NCBI GenBank assembly: GCA_025603075.1 | Contig: MU626291.1 | Span: 1-64,000 of the forward strand | Direction: 5' to 3' | Source: Neoconidiobolus thromboides FSU 785 | Lineage: Eukaryota; Fungi; Entomophthoromycota | DNA: 64,000 nucleotides | In this document: positions 12,059 through 23,159 of the stretch, in pieces | Numbering within the stretch: the stretch's first letter is position 1 | Layout: the number at the start of each line of letters is the position of its first letter | The notes under the pieces: model-generated | What the model saw: the letters and a program-made list of their open reading frames with translations, nothing else | What the model was told of the DNA's origin: nothing | The model's database searches: none | Translations under genes and position numbers: made by a program

Positions 12059-13290
12059 TTATAATTCATTATTATTTAATGAATTAAGTTTATCTTCTAC
12101 TTTAATATAAATATATAATTTGACTTTCATTTTAAATAATCTTCTTAAATTCATTGTAGCTTCTTGGACTACTTGATTAATTAGTTGACCATTAGCACCT
12201 ACTAATATTTTCTAAAATAAAAATAAAAATATTTTATTAATATCAATATAATATAGAATAATATAGAATAATATAGAATAATATAGAATAATATAGAATA
12301 CCTACTTTATGTTTAATATTATTAACTATTAATAATTGATCAATTCTTAATATATTTTCAGTTTCATTAAAATCCCAATTTAAATTTTTTTGAACAAAAA
12401 CATAAGGTAAATAAGATTTTAATCGAACAAAATAACTTTCTTTAATAATATCCATCACTCTCTCATAATCTGATTGGTCTGTTTTTAAAAACTGTGGATA
12501 TTCCCATTTACCTGGTAATGTTTGAGATAATAAATAATCTTTTAATAGATTGATATTGATTTGTTCTTTAACACTAATAAAAAAATATTCGATATTTTCA
12601 ATTTCCTTAAGTTTATCTGAATATTTTATTGTTAATTTCTTCTCTATTTTTTCTTTCATTTCTAGTTCAACTTTTTCTTCCTTAGCAATCAAATCTATTT
12701 TATTAAATCCAATAATTACTTTCTTTTTCCCTAACATTTCCCCAACTCTATCTACAATATAATCTTCTGCATAATTTGTCATATTTAAATATTTAAACCC
12801 ATCTAATAATACCAATACTAAGTCACTTTCATTACTACATTGCCATGCTGAATTAATCAATTCTCTATTAAATTTTAAATTCTTTTTCAATTTACTGTTA
12901 TATCCAGTAGTTAATTTATAATTTGTTAAATTTGTAGTCACTCCTGGAGTATCTAAAAATTGTAATTGTTTATTTTCAAAGGTTAGTATACCAGCTATTC
13001 TTTTTCTTGTTGTTTGTGGTCGTTCTGAAACTGAGGTAATCTATTATATTTTATTAATGTTAAGTTTATAAATTCAAACTAAATATATTTGAATTGAAAT
13101 CGAATTTTTTTAATATTAAAAGTAGAGTATAAAATAACTTACTTTTTCCCCAATAATAAAATTAATTAAACTACTTTTACCAGCATTAGCTGGACCTATA
13201 ACACTTAGCTTTAAAGTTTCACTATTAGTTGGTATCTCAAACTCTTTATAAATTTTACTAAATTTATTTTCTAAACCTAAAAATAATAAT

Positions 13291-13337
<47 letters not shown>

Positions 13338-13556
13338 TTATTATTATTAATTTACTTTTAATATTTCTATTAACTTACTTATTGGTTTAAAATCTTTAGG
13401 TAATAATTGTAATCTATCAATTTCTTTTTTTTCTTCTACTTTTTCTTTATTAGTTTGAGTTTTTATTGTTTGATATAAGATTCTAGTAGATGATTGAAAT
13501 AATTGAGGAGTTAATTTATAATTTAATAGTCGAGGTATCATAGTGATCAATCTCAT
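12059..13556 (-). CDS. era: Mitochondrial Era-family GTPase (multi-exon)
   Basis: G1 GPANAGKSS, G2 PQTTR, G3 DTPG, G4 NKID, C-terminal KH-like KILVGANGQLI; N-terminus resembles a mitochondrial presequence. Confidence 0.85.
12251..12300. repeat. 10-bp tandem repeat x5 in an Era intron
   Basis: ATATAGAATA five times. Confidence 0.9.
13289..13337. repeat. (ATTT)n microsatellite in the first Era intron
   Basis: About 12 consecutive ATTT units. Confidence 0.9.
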
Positions 13557-13735
13557 ATTAAAATAGAAAGTTAAAAATTTAAAAAATTTAAAAATTTAAA
13601 ATTCAATAAACTATTAATCATTATTTAAAATTTTTAAAACAATTTAAGATAAATGATTGGTTCAATAAATAAGTAGAATAAAAAATAAGATTGAACTTAA
13701 TATTAACTTTGATTTTTATTAAAATCAATAACAAA

Positions 13736-15068
13736 ATGTTTCATTTACTTAAACGATCCATAAAACATAAAACATATCTATTATCTTCTTTAACATACAT
13801 TCGATTACAACCTTTATCTAGCTATCAACCATTCTTAGAGAAATCTAATTTAATTCGAGATATTGGAAAAGAGGTAATATTCAAAATACTTTTAATACTT
13901 TTAATATTCTTAATAATATTAATATTAATATTATTCTAATTATTATATTAGGCGAGTGAAGCACTAAGTGTTAGTAGTACACGAGTAAAAGAACAAAGTA
14001 AATTACAAAAAAAAAATAATTTAAGAAGAGTTAAAATCAATACTCAACAAGATGAAGAGAATTTCATTTTTAATAAAGTTGAACAAAATAATACTTTATT
14101 TTTAAATAATTATAAAGTAAGTTTATTAATGTTAATGGTTTATTATTTATTATTTATTTATTTTGTTTATTAATAAACTTTATTAATTTTTAATACGTAT
14201 ATAGAAATCCCATTGTCAAGCTTATTGTACCGCTGAAGAATATGATTTAACTAAATTATTACCTTTACTTTCATCCACTTTTAAAACCAACAAAATCACA
14301 GATGATGTTTATCATTTGACTTCACTTACTTCAGAATTTGAAGCAGAGATCTTTTTATTTCAAGGGGGAACATTTGTAATTTGGGGCTTAGATAAAGAGT
14401 ATGGGGATTTATTTTTAGAAAATTATATACGTAAAGAAGATTCAATTGAACTTGGAAGATATTTAGAATATGAAAAAGAAGATTTTAGTTATTATGAAGA
14501 TGGTGAACTAAATACTCAAATGTTCAATGAAAGTATATTAATTGATAGTAAAAAAGATCCTATCTTAACTAAGTTAGCATTTTCTCATGGATTAGCTAGA
14601 AGTGCTAAATTAAGTATACTAGAAGATATGTTAGATAATCTATTGCAAAGTATGAGTCATTATCCATTAATATTAGTAAAAAATGAAAATATTCGATTAA
14701 AAAGAAAAGATATTCTTAATAAAATAGGCCAAGTATTTCTAATTCGTGGTATATTAAATTTACAATCCGAATCCTTTTTAGATACTCCCGATTATTATTG
14801 GAGTAAACCGAAATTAGAAGTTTATTATGATCAAATTAGTAAAAACTTAGATGTAAGACCAAGGATTGCTATTTTGAATAAAAAATTAGATTATGCTAAT
14901 GAATTAACTGATTTATTAAGAGAACAATTATCTGAAAATCATTCCAATAAACTAGAATGGTGTATTATTCTTTTAATTGCAGTTGAAGTAGGTTTTGAAT
15001 TAATTCGTTATTATGAAAGATATAAGCAAAGAAACAATACTAATAACAATGTTAATTTATTAAAATAA
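13736..15068 (+). CDS. RMND1/Rmd1/Mrx10 (DUF155) family mitochondrial protein (multi-exon)
   Basis: CTAEEYDL, IFLFQGGTFVIWG, LAFSHGLARSAKLSILE, LDTPDYYW, RIAILNKKLDY, LEWCIILLIAVEV; probable ATG at 13736. Confidence 0.85.
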
Positions 15069-15105
15069 ATAAAAATTAAAAAATAGAATAATAATTCTAT
15101 TTTTA

Positions 15106-15469
15106 TTATTCTACTTGATGTATATTATTATTATCATTATTATTTAACATTTGCTCCATCTGTTGAATTTCATTTTTCATTATATTAAATTGAATTAAAC
15201 AATGCTTTGCTTCATTTAAACAATTAAACTTTTTTAATTTAATAATTAACGATTTTAATTTATTAAATTCTTGTTTTAAATTATTAAAATATTCTATTAT
15301 ATTCAATTGTCCTGTCATGACTTTTAATTCCATCATTTGTAATTTAATTTCAATTTCTTGTTTTCTTTCTAAATTGTTATTTGTTATTTTTAATTCATTT
15401 TCTAATACTGGTTTTGATATCAATCGTTGAAGTTGATTATATTCATTAAGTATCTTTTCTTTTTCTTCT

Positions 15470-15517
<48 letters not shown>

Positions 15518-17225
15518 CTATCATTATCATTATTATCATTCTTATTATTATTACTATCATTTTTAGTAATAATTTCATTATTATTAGTACTAGTCTCTTC
15601 TTTATCTTCAATAAATAAAATCCAGTGTTGAGTTTGATTAGCTTGATTTTGATTTTTAAATGGACTTCTCATTTTTAAACTACCAGTAACTGTGGACTCT
15701 ATTAGTTTCCTTGAATTATTAAGATATAACTAAATAATATTAATATTAATAAATAACATTTATAATAATAAATAATAGAAACTTACATTAATTTCAAAGT
15801 TAACTTCATTATCAGTCAATAGCTGTTTTAATGAAATTGAACATTGACCAATTAAATAAGGTTTGAAAAAGAAACCACGATAATGATAAAATGTCAATTG
15901 AATATTTTTTCTTTCTATTAATCTTTCATTCACTTTATTTTTTTCCAAATATATTTTTTTACTAAATAAAAATTCAGGGTCACTATTTTGATAAATAACT
16001 TTACTATCTAATTTCTCTATTTTATTTCCTAAATTTAATTCCAATGTAAAATAACTATCAACTAATTGATCTTCAATTTTATTACAATATAAATGATTCG
16101 CTTTTTTTATATTAATTTCCAATTGATTAGGCGGAATATCCATATTAATTAATTGTTTGGTGTATTTAATAACTTCTACTTGATATCTTGGTAATTTTTT
16201 ACTTTTTAATAATAATTCTTTTTGTTGTTCAAATCTTTTTTTATATCTTTGAAATCGAATTGCATTCACTTTATCATTGAATTTATAATAATCTCGAGCT
16301 AATTTTTTAGCTTCATCTATTTGTACTTCAATTTTAGCTAATAATTCTTCTTTTTGATCAATTAAACTAGGTTCGATTATCTAATTAACATATGTAATCT
16401 ATCTATTAAATTATAATGAATCAAATAAACTTACTTTTGGACTCTCCTCTTTAATTTGATTACTAATCGTTTTATTCTTGTTCTTATTTTCATTATCTTT
16501 ACTATTAAAAATTATTTGATTACTCCTACTCTCTTTTTTATTCAATAATTCTTGTAATTTATTTAAATCCTTATTATCATCTTTAAGCAGCAATGAGTCC
16601 AATTGCTTAGCTTTTAACATTAGCTCTTTAACTTTATTAATATCTCCCAATTTTTTAAATTCTAAAGCTTTCATTTTTAATTGTCTTTGTTCTTCTTTTA
16701 CTGCTTTTTCATCTCTTAACATATTATTTTTACCACTCAATTGATCTAATTCTTTCTATAAGGGACATTAATATCTATTTTTGTTCTTTTAATTGATATT
16801 ATAATTGATATTACCAATAAACTTGAGTCGATTTCAATTTCTTCTTTTGCTTTTTCAGCTACTTTTTTTATTCTTGGTTCATCATTCAATTCTTGTGTTA
16901 GCCTTAAAATAGTGTCTTCTTCTTCATTGACTCGAATTTTATTCTCCTTTTCCTTTTCTTTTTCCTTTTCCTTTTCTTTTTCATCTTTAATAGGATTGTT
17001 ATTTAAAGATAAAGCATTAAACTCTTTCTATAAAAAATGTTAAAAGTTATGTTTTTTTTCTAACAATAATAACAATAAAATAGTAAAATTTACCATCAAT
17101 TCTTCATCTCCTTCAAGTTCGTCATAATTGAAATTATTCTCATTTCCTTCTTCATAATTTTCTTCTTTTAATAAAGAATCGATATCTAAATTATTTAGTA
17201 ATAAGTCAATATTTTGTTGATCCAT
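15106..17225 (-). CDS. CC2D1A/B (Lgd/Freud)-like protein with DM14-like repeat and C2 domain (multi-exon)
   Basis: DM14-like QLKMKALEFKKLGDINKVKELMLKAKQL; LPRYQVE...NMDIPPNQLEINIKKANHL entering a C2 domain ending FFFKPYLIGQCSISLKQLL; C-terminal coiled coil; poly-Asn insert. Confidence 0.65.
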
Positions 17226-17583
17226 GCTTCACTTAGTTGAAAAAAAGTTATAAAACGAGATTAAACTTTGAGTTTAGAATTTAAAATTGGAATTTAAAAT
17301 AATGACGTCAATTTCATTAAAAATTTTATCACTAAATATCTTGAGATTGAATTTAAAATCAATAAATCTATTAGAAAAAAAGGTATTAATTTTAAAACAG
17401 ATTCTAAATTAAATAATTTTTCAATCATTTATATTGAAATAATTCAAGTTTAATATTATAAACAAACTACATAATTTATTTCTTATTATGAGACAAAAGT
17501 ATTAATTAACATCAATTTAATAACTAATTAAATTTCTCATGAATTTATAGTAAAATTAGCTTAAATTATTCAACATTTATATA

Positions 17584-17689
17584 ATATAAGGACGTTTTTT
17601 TGGCTTCATCACTTTTTGCATCTTTTAAGTGTTGTTTAGATGGAGAAATTATCAGTAAGATTCTTAAATACAAAAACACATCTCGATAT
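17584..17689 (-). mobile_element. MITE copy (ATAT TSD)
   Basis: Reverse-orientation consensus match with ATAT on both sides. Confidence 0.85.
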
Positions 17690-17744
17690 AATAACAGCGA
17701 TATATTACATAATCAATTTTTGTTGAATAAAAACTGCTATTTTA

Positions 17745-18377
17745 GTTATTTATAAGCTCCCAACATTTGATTTCTAGATAAAAAACTATAATGGTCAGAA
17801 TCTCTTGGTCAATGTCCATTGTATAAAATACTATTGGATTATATTAAAGTCTTAATAGCCTCAATAACTGTGATTGATTTTGGAATACTGATTACGTTGG
17901 GATCATTAATTGTTTCTGCAGTATTAGTTTTACTTGGGGTACCAGTTGATCCTACTCTAGAAGCAACATCAGAAGCTGGAATAGTAGCAAAATGAAAAAT
18001 AATTGAATTTGGAGGAGGAAAAGGAGAAGTATAACTAGATCTTAAAGCACCAACACTGATTAAAGAAGAGACAGCTTCTTGAACTAGTTTTGACAGTAAT
18101 TTCAAGGCTCAATAACTATCAATTGGATTTAATAATAAACAAATAAAAGAATTAGCTTCTTTTTTTCTGTTTTCATAGCTAAATACATTATGCTTTTGGG
18201 ATATAGATGTTATACTGTTGAATTGAGTACTTGAAATCATCTCATTATTTGGTAAACTTGAGACCACTTTATCTTGTCATCTAACATTCCATCAATTTAG
18301 TTATTTTTGTTATTGCTAATTAATACTTGAACAATTACAGCATTTAATAAGACTAATAATGAAGTGTAGTATTTCAT
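17745..18377 (-). pseudogene. Pseudogene of the secreted Ser/Thr-rich family, member D
   Basis: ATG at 18377 gives MKYYTSLLVLLNAVIVQ then TAA at codon 27; core SFICLLLNPIDSY*ALKLLSKLVQEAVSSLISVGAL with TGA in place of Trp (18109-18111); TATA at 18441-18448. Confidence 0.8.
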
Positions 18378-18907
18378 ATTTTAGTATAAGCAAGAATTAA
18401 ATGTTGATTATTAGTAATTATTAAATTCAATATACATAGGTATTTATATTCCTCATTTTGGGCTAATATTAACCTATTTTAATAATAAAATCAAAAAAAT
18501 AGCAAGTTTTAAAAGTTATTTTTAGCGTTCAATTATGCAGTTCAGTTGAGAATATCAATTTTAATTTTAAAGCAGTTATCTTTTTCTAAAGATTTGGTAG
18601 GTTTTAAGTCCCTTTTACCAAAGCCCCTCTATTATTCATCAACTTTTTTTTACTATAAAAATAAAAGTGACATTAGGATTTATTTTGAATTTTAAAAAGT
18701 ATAAAAATGCTTTATTTTGATGTTGACGTGAATTGTTTAGTTGATTGTTTTTATAGAAATGATTATATTTTTAAATATCTATCAACTAACATTATTATGT
18801 AGTTTAAGGCTTTTAATAGCATTCAAATTCAAGTTAATATAGCTGAAAAAACAAAATAATCTTAGGTCAAATGCTTAAGAACATCTAATTTAGAAGGCTA
18901 TATTATA

Positions 18908-19008
18908 ATCTATGGATGTATCGTGTTTAAGGATTTTACTAACAATCTTTCTGCTCAAACAGTGCTTAAAAAATGGCAAAAGTAATGAAGCCAAAAAAAC
19001 ACAACCCC
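18908..19008 (+). mobile_element. MITE copy (ends decayed, followed by poly-C)
   Basis: Interior matches the consensus. Confidence 0.75.
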
Positions 19009-19232
19009 CCCCCACCTTGTGAAATTTTATAAATCACACAATTTAAAAATTATCTAGAGCAAAGTATTAGTGAGGTCGTATTTTACTAGAATTTATTTTA
19101 ATGTTTATAACACTTCAATTGAATTTTAAATTAATTACAATTTTTTTAACTTAAAACTAACAATATCATAATAATACTATAAAATATACCACTTTATTGA
19201 ATAAAAGCAACTAAATACTTGATCTAAAAGTT

Positions 19233-20741
19233 TCAGCTAAAGTTTGGAACCCAAGGAAAATTAGTAACCCTTGGCCAGTATCCACCGTATTGAGTACTTC
19301 CAGAAGCTGCCGGTGCAGTAGAAGCTTTTGGCTCAGTGGAGATTTCTGATTCAGTAAAATCCTTTAAGTCAACAGTAGCTGCTGGTCCGGAGGAAATACT
19401 TGAAGTAGAACTTATATTTGGGGCAGTTGATAATCCTGGGATGGAAGAAACTCCTGAAGTGGAAGTTACACTTGAAGTTGTACTTACACCTGGGGTCATA
19501 GAAGTTTTTGGAATAGCAGAGCCCCATGAAGTAGTAAGGATATCTGAAGTAGTAGATGAGTTTGAGGCATTAGTTGCTTCTGAAGCAGCGGCCGTAGATG
19601 AAGTAATTGTAGCATCATTAATTGAAGTTAGCGCTTGAGTGGCAGAAACTTCTGGTGCACTAGATTCTCCTGGAATGGTAGAAGCTCCTGAGGTATCAGT
19701 TGCTACCGAAGTGGAAATTTGCTCAGAAGTAGAAGCTACGCTTTGGGTGGAAGACAATTCTGAGACAGGGGCCACTCCTGAAGTACTAGTTGCACTTAGG
19801 GAAGTAGAGGTAAGAGATGAAGTAGGTTTTAAAATACCAGCACTGATCAAAGAAGAAATAGCTTCTTGAGCAGGTTTAGGTAATAGCTGTGCAGCCCAGT
19901 AGCTATTATCTGGATTTAATGGTAAACAAACGTAAGGACTTGGTTTATTCTCTTCACTTATTACATTAGATACACTGGTCATTGTGGACGTGGGAACTAC
20001 ACTGGTACTTTGAGTGAAAGTAGACGTTACACTATTACTTTGAGTTGAGTTAGGTGTATTACTACTGCTTTGTCCAGAATTAGATGAAGTGTCACTACTT
20101 TGAGTAGAAGTGGGAACTACACTGTTACTTTGATTTGAGTTAGTTTCAGTACTACTACTCTGAGTGAAGGTAGATGTTACACTATTACTTTGAGTAGAAG
20201 TAGGTACTACGTTATTACTTTGAGTTGAGTTAGTTTCAGTACTATTACTTTGAGTTGAGTTAGGTTTGTTGCTGTTATTTTGTCCAGAATTAGGTAAACT
20301 GCTGCTTTGAGTAATGGTAGATTCTATGCTGTTATTTTGAGTAGAGGTAGATATTACGTTGCTATTTTGAGTGGAGGTAGGGATCACCTTGCTACTTTGA
20401 GTGAAAGTAGATGTTACACTATTGCTTTGAGTTGAGTTAGGTGTATTACTACTGTTTTGTCCAGAATTAGATGAAGTGTCACTATTTTGAGTAGAAGTAG
20501 GTGCTACACTGTTACTTTGAGTAGAAGTAGATGTTATAATATTAGTTTGGGCGTTTTGTGTGATGGTGTTACTTGGTAAACTTTGGACAACTTGATCAGT
20601 TGGTAAGTTTTGAATAGCTTCATTGTTTGGTAATGCACCAGCTTGATTCATAGCTCCAACCTGGTTAGTTATAGCTTGATCATTCAACGATTGAGCAATA
20701 ATAACATTTAATAAGACTACTAATGGAGCGTAATATTTCAT
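19233..20741 (-). CDS. Secreted Ser/Thr-rich mucin-like protein, family member C
   Basis: Intronless 502-aa ORF; MKYYAPLVVLLNVIIAQ; 10-aa STQSNSV repeats before the core PYVCLPLNPDNSYWAAQLLPKPAQEAISSLISAGILKP; tail QYGGYWPRVTNFPWVPNFS. Confidence 0.9.
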   Translation of the reverse strand: MKYYAPLVVLLNVIIAQSLNDQAITNQVGAMNQAGALPNNEAIQNLPTDQVVQSLPSNTITQNAQTNIITSTSTQSNSVAPTSTQNSDTSSNSGQNSSNTPNSTQSNSVTSTFTQSSKVIPTSTQNSNVISTSTQNNSIESTITQSSSLPNSGQNNSNKPNSTQSNSTETNSTQSNNVVPTSTQSNSVTSTFTQSSSTETNSNQSNSVVPTSTQSSDTSSNSGQSSSNTPNSTQSNSVTSTFTQSTSVVPTSTMTSVSNVISEENKPSPYVCLPLNPDNSYWAAQLLPKPAQEAISSLISAGILKPTSSLTSTSLSATSTSGVAPVSELSSTQSVASTSEQISTSVATDTSGASTIPGESSAPEVSATQALTSINDATITSSTAAASEATNASNSSTTSDILTTSWGSAIPKTSMTPGVSTTSSVTSTSGVSSIPGLSTAPNISSTSSISSGPAATVDLKDFTESEISTEPKASTAPAASGSTQYGGYWPRVTNFPWVPNFS

Positions 20742-21001
20742 TTTTTAAGATAAGTAAGAATAAATACAAATGAATAATTGATAAGTTTATAATTGATAGC
20801 TTCTATATACATGGGTATTTATATTATTTTTCAAGCTATGTATCAATATATTTTATCGATAAAATATAACAATGTTTTCTAATGGATATTGTTTTTGACT
20901 TTTAATGATGCAGTTCTATTTGGCTTTTTATCATTGTTAATGCTAAATTTCTTATTTTTTTCTTAATATCGTAAATTCTGTGCCTTTTCTTTATGTATCA
21001 C

Positions 21002-21015
21002 TTTAATAAAGCCTC
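21002..21015 (-). promoter_or_regulatory. Conserved upstream motif GAGGCTTTATTAAA (gene C)
   Basis: Exact match to the motif upstream of gene A; TATA at 20816-20823. Confidence 0.5.
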
Positions 21016-22123
21016 TTTAGTTTAATTCAGTATATTTTTTTAAATTGTCTACGGCATAATTTTTTTTCTTAGATCGGAACAACAATTATATTTTTACTGT
21101 AAAAAATTATTTATTATATAATAGCCACATTTTATTACCCACTAAATAGTGATATTTATGTTTTGTTTTTTATTTTTTAAATTGAATATCTTTAATTTTT
21201 GTATTATATATTATATATTATATATTGTATATTATGTTTTATATTTTATTGTATTATATTTTGTTTGTTGTATATTATACGCTATATGTTATATATTGTA
21301 TTTTGTACATTGTATAATATATAATATGCATTAAGTATGACAAATATTGTATTCTATATATATTTTATAATATTACTATATTGGTTTTAAAGGTATGAAA
21401 AATACAAAGCCTAGCTTATTTGAGGGCTTACAATAATTTAAATTTTGTAAAATGAAGCTTGATAGGTGTCATTTTAGCTTCGTAGCACCAGCTGTAGTTG
21501 GAAATTTTATTCAATGAACTCAGTCATCCAAATATAATCTATAACTCTTGCTTAATATATGCCAAGTTTCAATTTAATTGAATAGTTGCTTTTCAAGACA
21601 TAAAAGACAATAAAATATCCTCTTAATTGTTGTAAAAATAGACTTAAGTGAGATACGGTAAAGCAACTGGTACTACAATATAGAATTTTTTTTACATGAA
21701 TATTATCTTTAGACTATAATTGATATATTTACAAAGTTTAATATTAGTTGGATTATTTGTAATTAATATAATTGGAACTTCAAATATGTTACATTAGGAC
21801 AGCATTTTTACAGGCTAAAAAAATTGATATTTTTAGAATTTTTATCAATAATAATTGTAGCTTGGAAATGGATTATTCAATTAATAGAAAACTTTATAGA
21901 CAATCTAGTATTTCTTTATATATTAATTAGACTTGTATAAAAAATCTTATTCATTTGTTAAAAAAAGTCATGTCCTCCTTGTACTCCTTGTACTCCTTGT
22001 ACTCCTTGACCTACTTCCCTAAAAGATTTTTTTATTAAAAATTGAAAATGAAAGAAATTATTGAAGTTTAATTAATGAGGAGATTAGTTTTCTCCATAAT
22101 ATTTTCGTTTTTTTAAGAATAAC

Positions 22124-22227
22124 ATACAGGGATGTTTTTTTTAGTTTCATCACTTTTTCTATCTTCTAAGCGCCATTTGAGTGGAAAAATTATTGCAAAA
22201 TTCTTAAACAAAAATACATCCCCAAAT
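22124..22227 (-). mobile_element. MITE copy
   Basis: Reverse-orientation consensus match; flanks ATAC/AAAT are imperfect. Confidence 0.85.
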
Positions 22228-23159
22228 ATTAAGTTAGAATCAAGCTTTTGTCACTTTTTTAATTTAACCAAAATTGGATAATATTGCTCCTACCATCAAA
22301 GTGAAGATTTTTAGAGACAGAGCGGATATAGACCCACATTCCCCCCTGTAATAGCATAAAAGATCATTCAACTATAGGTTTTTTCACCTACTCGCTATTT
22401 AAGCCTCCTTGGCATTCCAGCGTGTATTATGTTTTCCTGTGTACTTAAATCTATATAAAGTATCGAGAATATATATTTTTATCTCAAGTTTCCCTATACC
22501 AACATTGTAAATAGTTTTTAACTATCTATACCCTAGATCATGCATGCGGTCTACAAATACATTTAGTCTTTTAAGATGGTCTACGCGTGCCTTTTCTTTT
22601 ATGTATATATAGAATAGTAAATAGCTAGAATGAACGGATTTGATTTTACTGAAGCTCCCTTAACTACCAATAAAAGTAGATGAAATCTCTTGCACCATAC
22701 CCTCTATTGCTTACAATTTTTTTTCTTTATTTATCAATAAATCATTTATGAGTACTGCTCTTTCAATTTTTTAGAATAGTAGTAATTTAAATAAGTTTAT
22801 TTTTTATTCATTATCAAAATTAGAAACTAAAAGGTAGTTTAACCCTTTGAGTATCGAAGATCCTAGAAATATTATGTTTGATTAGATAAGAATTTTTGAT
22901 TCATCTTCTGACTATTGAAGAGTTGTTTTTACTTAACCAAGACTAATTTGATGAGCATTACTCGTCATAATTTTATTTTGATTTAAGATCATATGCAAAC
23001 AATACCTGTTGTAATTTTGCTCTATAAAAATCTTATGAGCATGGCTCATCCATGTTATCCAAGTGATTAAAGAAAGTAATTAAAAAAACTCAAATATTAA
23101 AGAAAATAACAAATAATACACTTTTATTAATTTAACAACAAAATAGAATATTATTTTAT

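Noticed and set aside
3659-19869. Val/Glu/Pro-rich ORFs 3659..4477, 7113..7655, 19336..19638, 19639..19869
   Set aside because: Antisense shadows of Ser/Thr codon repeats in genes A, B and C.
21976-22008. 9-bp tandem repeat CTCCTTGTA (about 3.5 copies)
   Set aside because: Isolated minisatellite with no coding or structural context.
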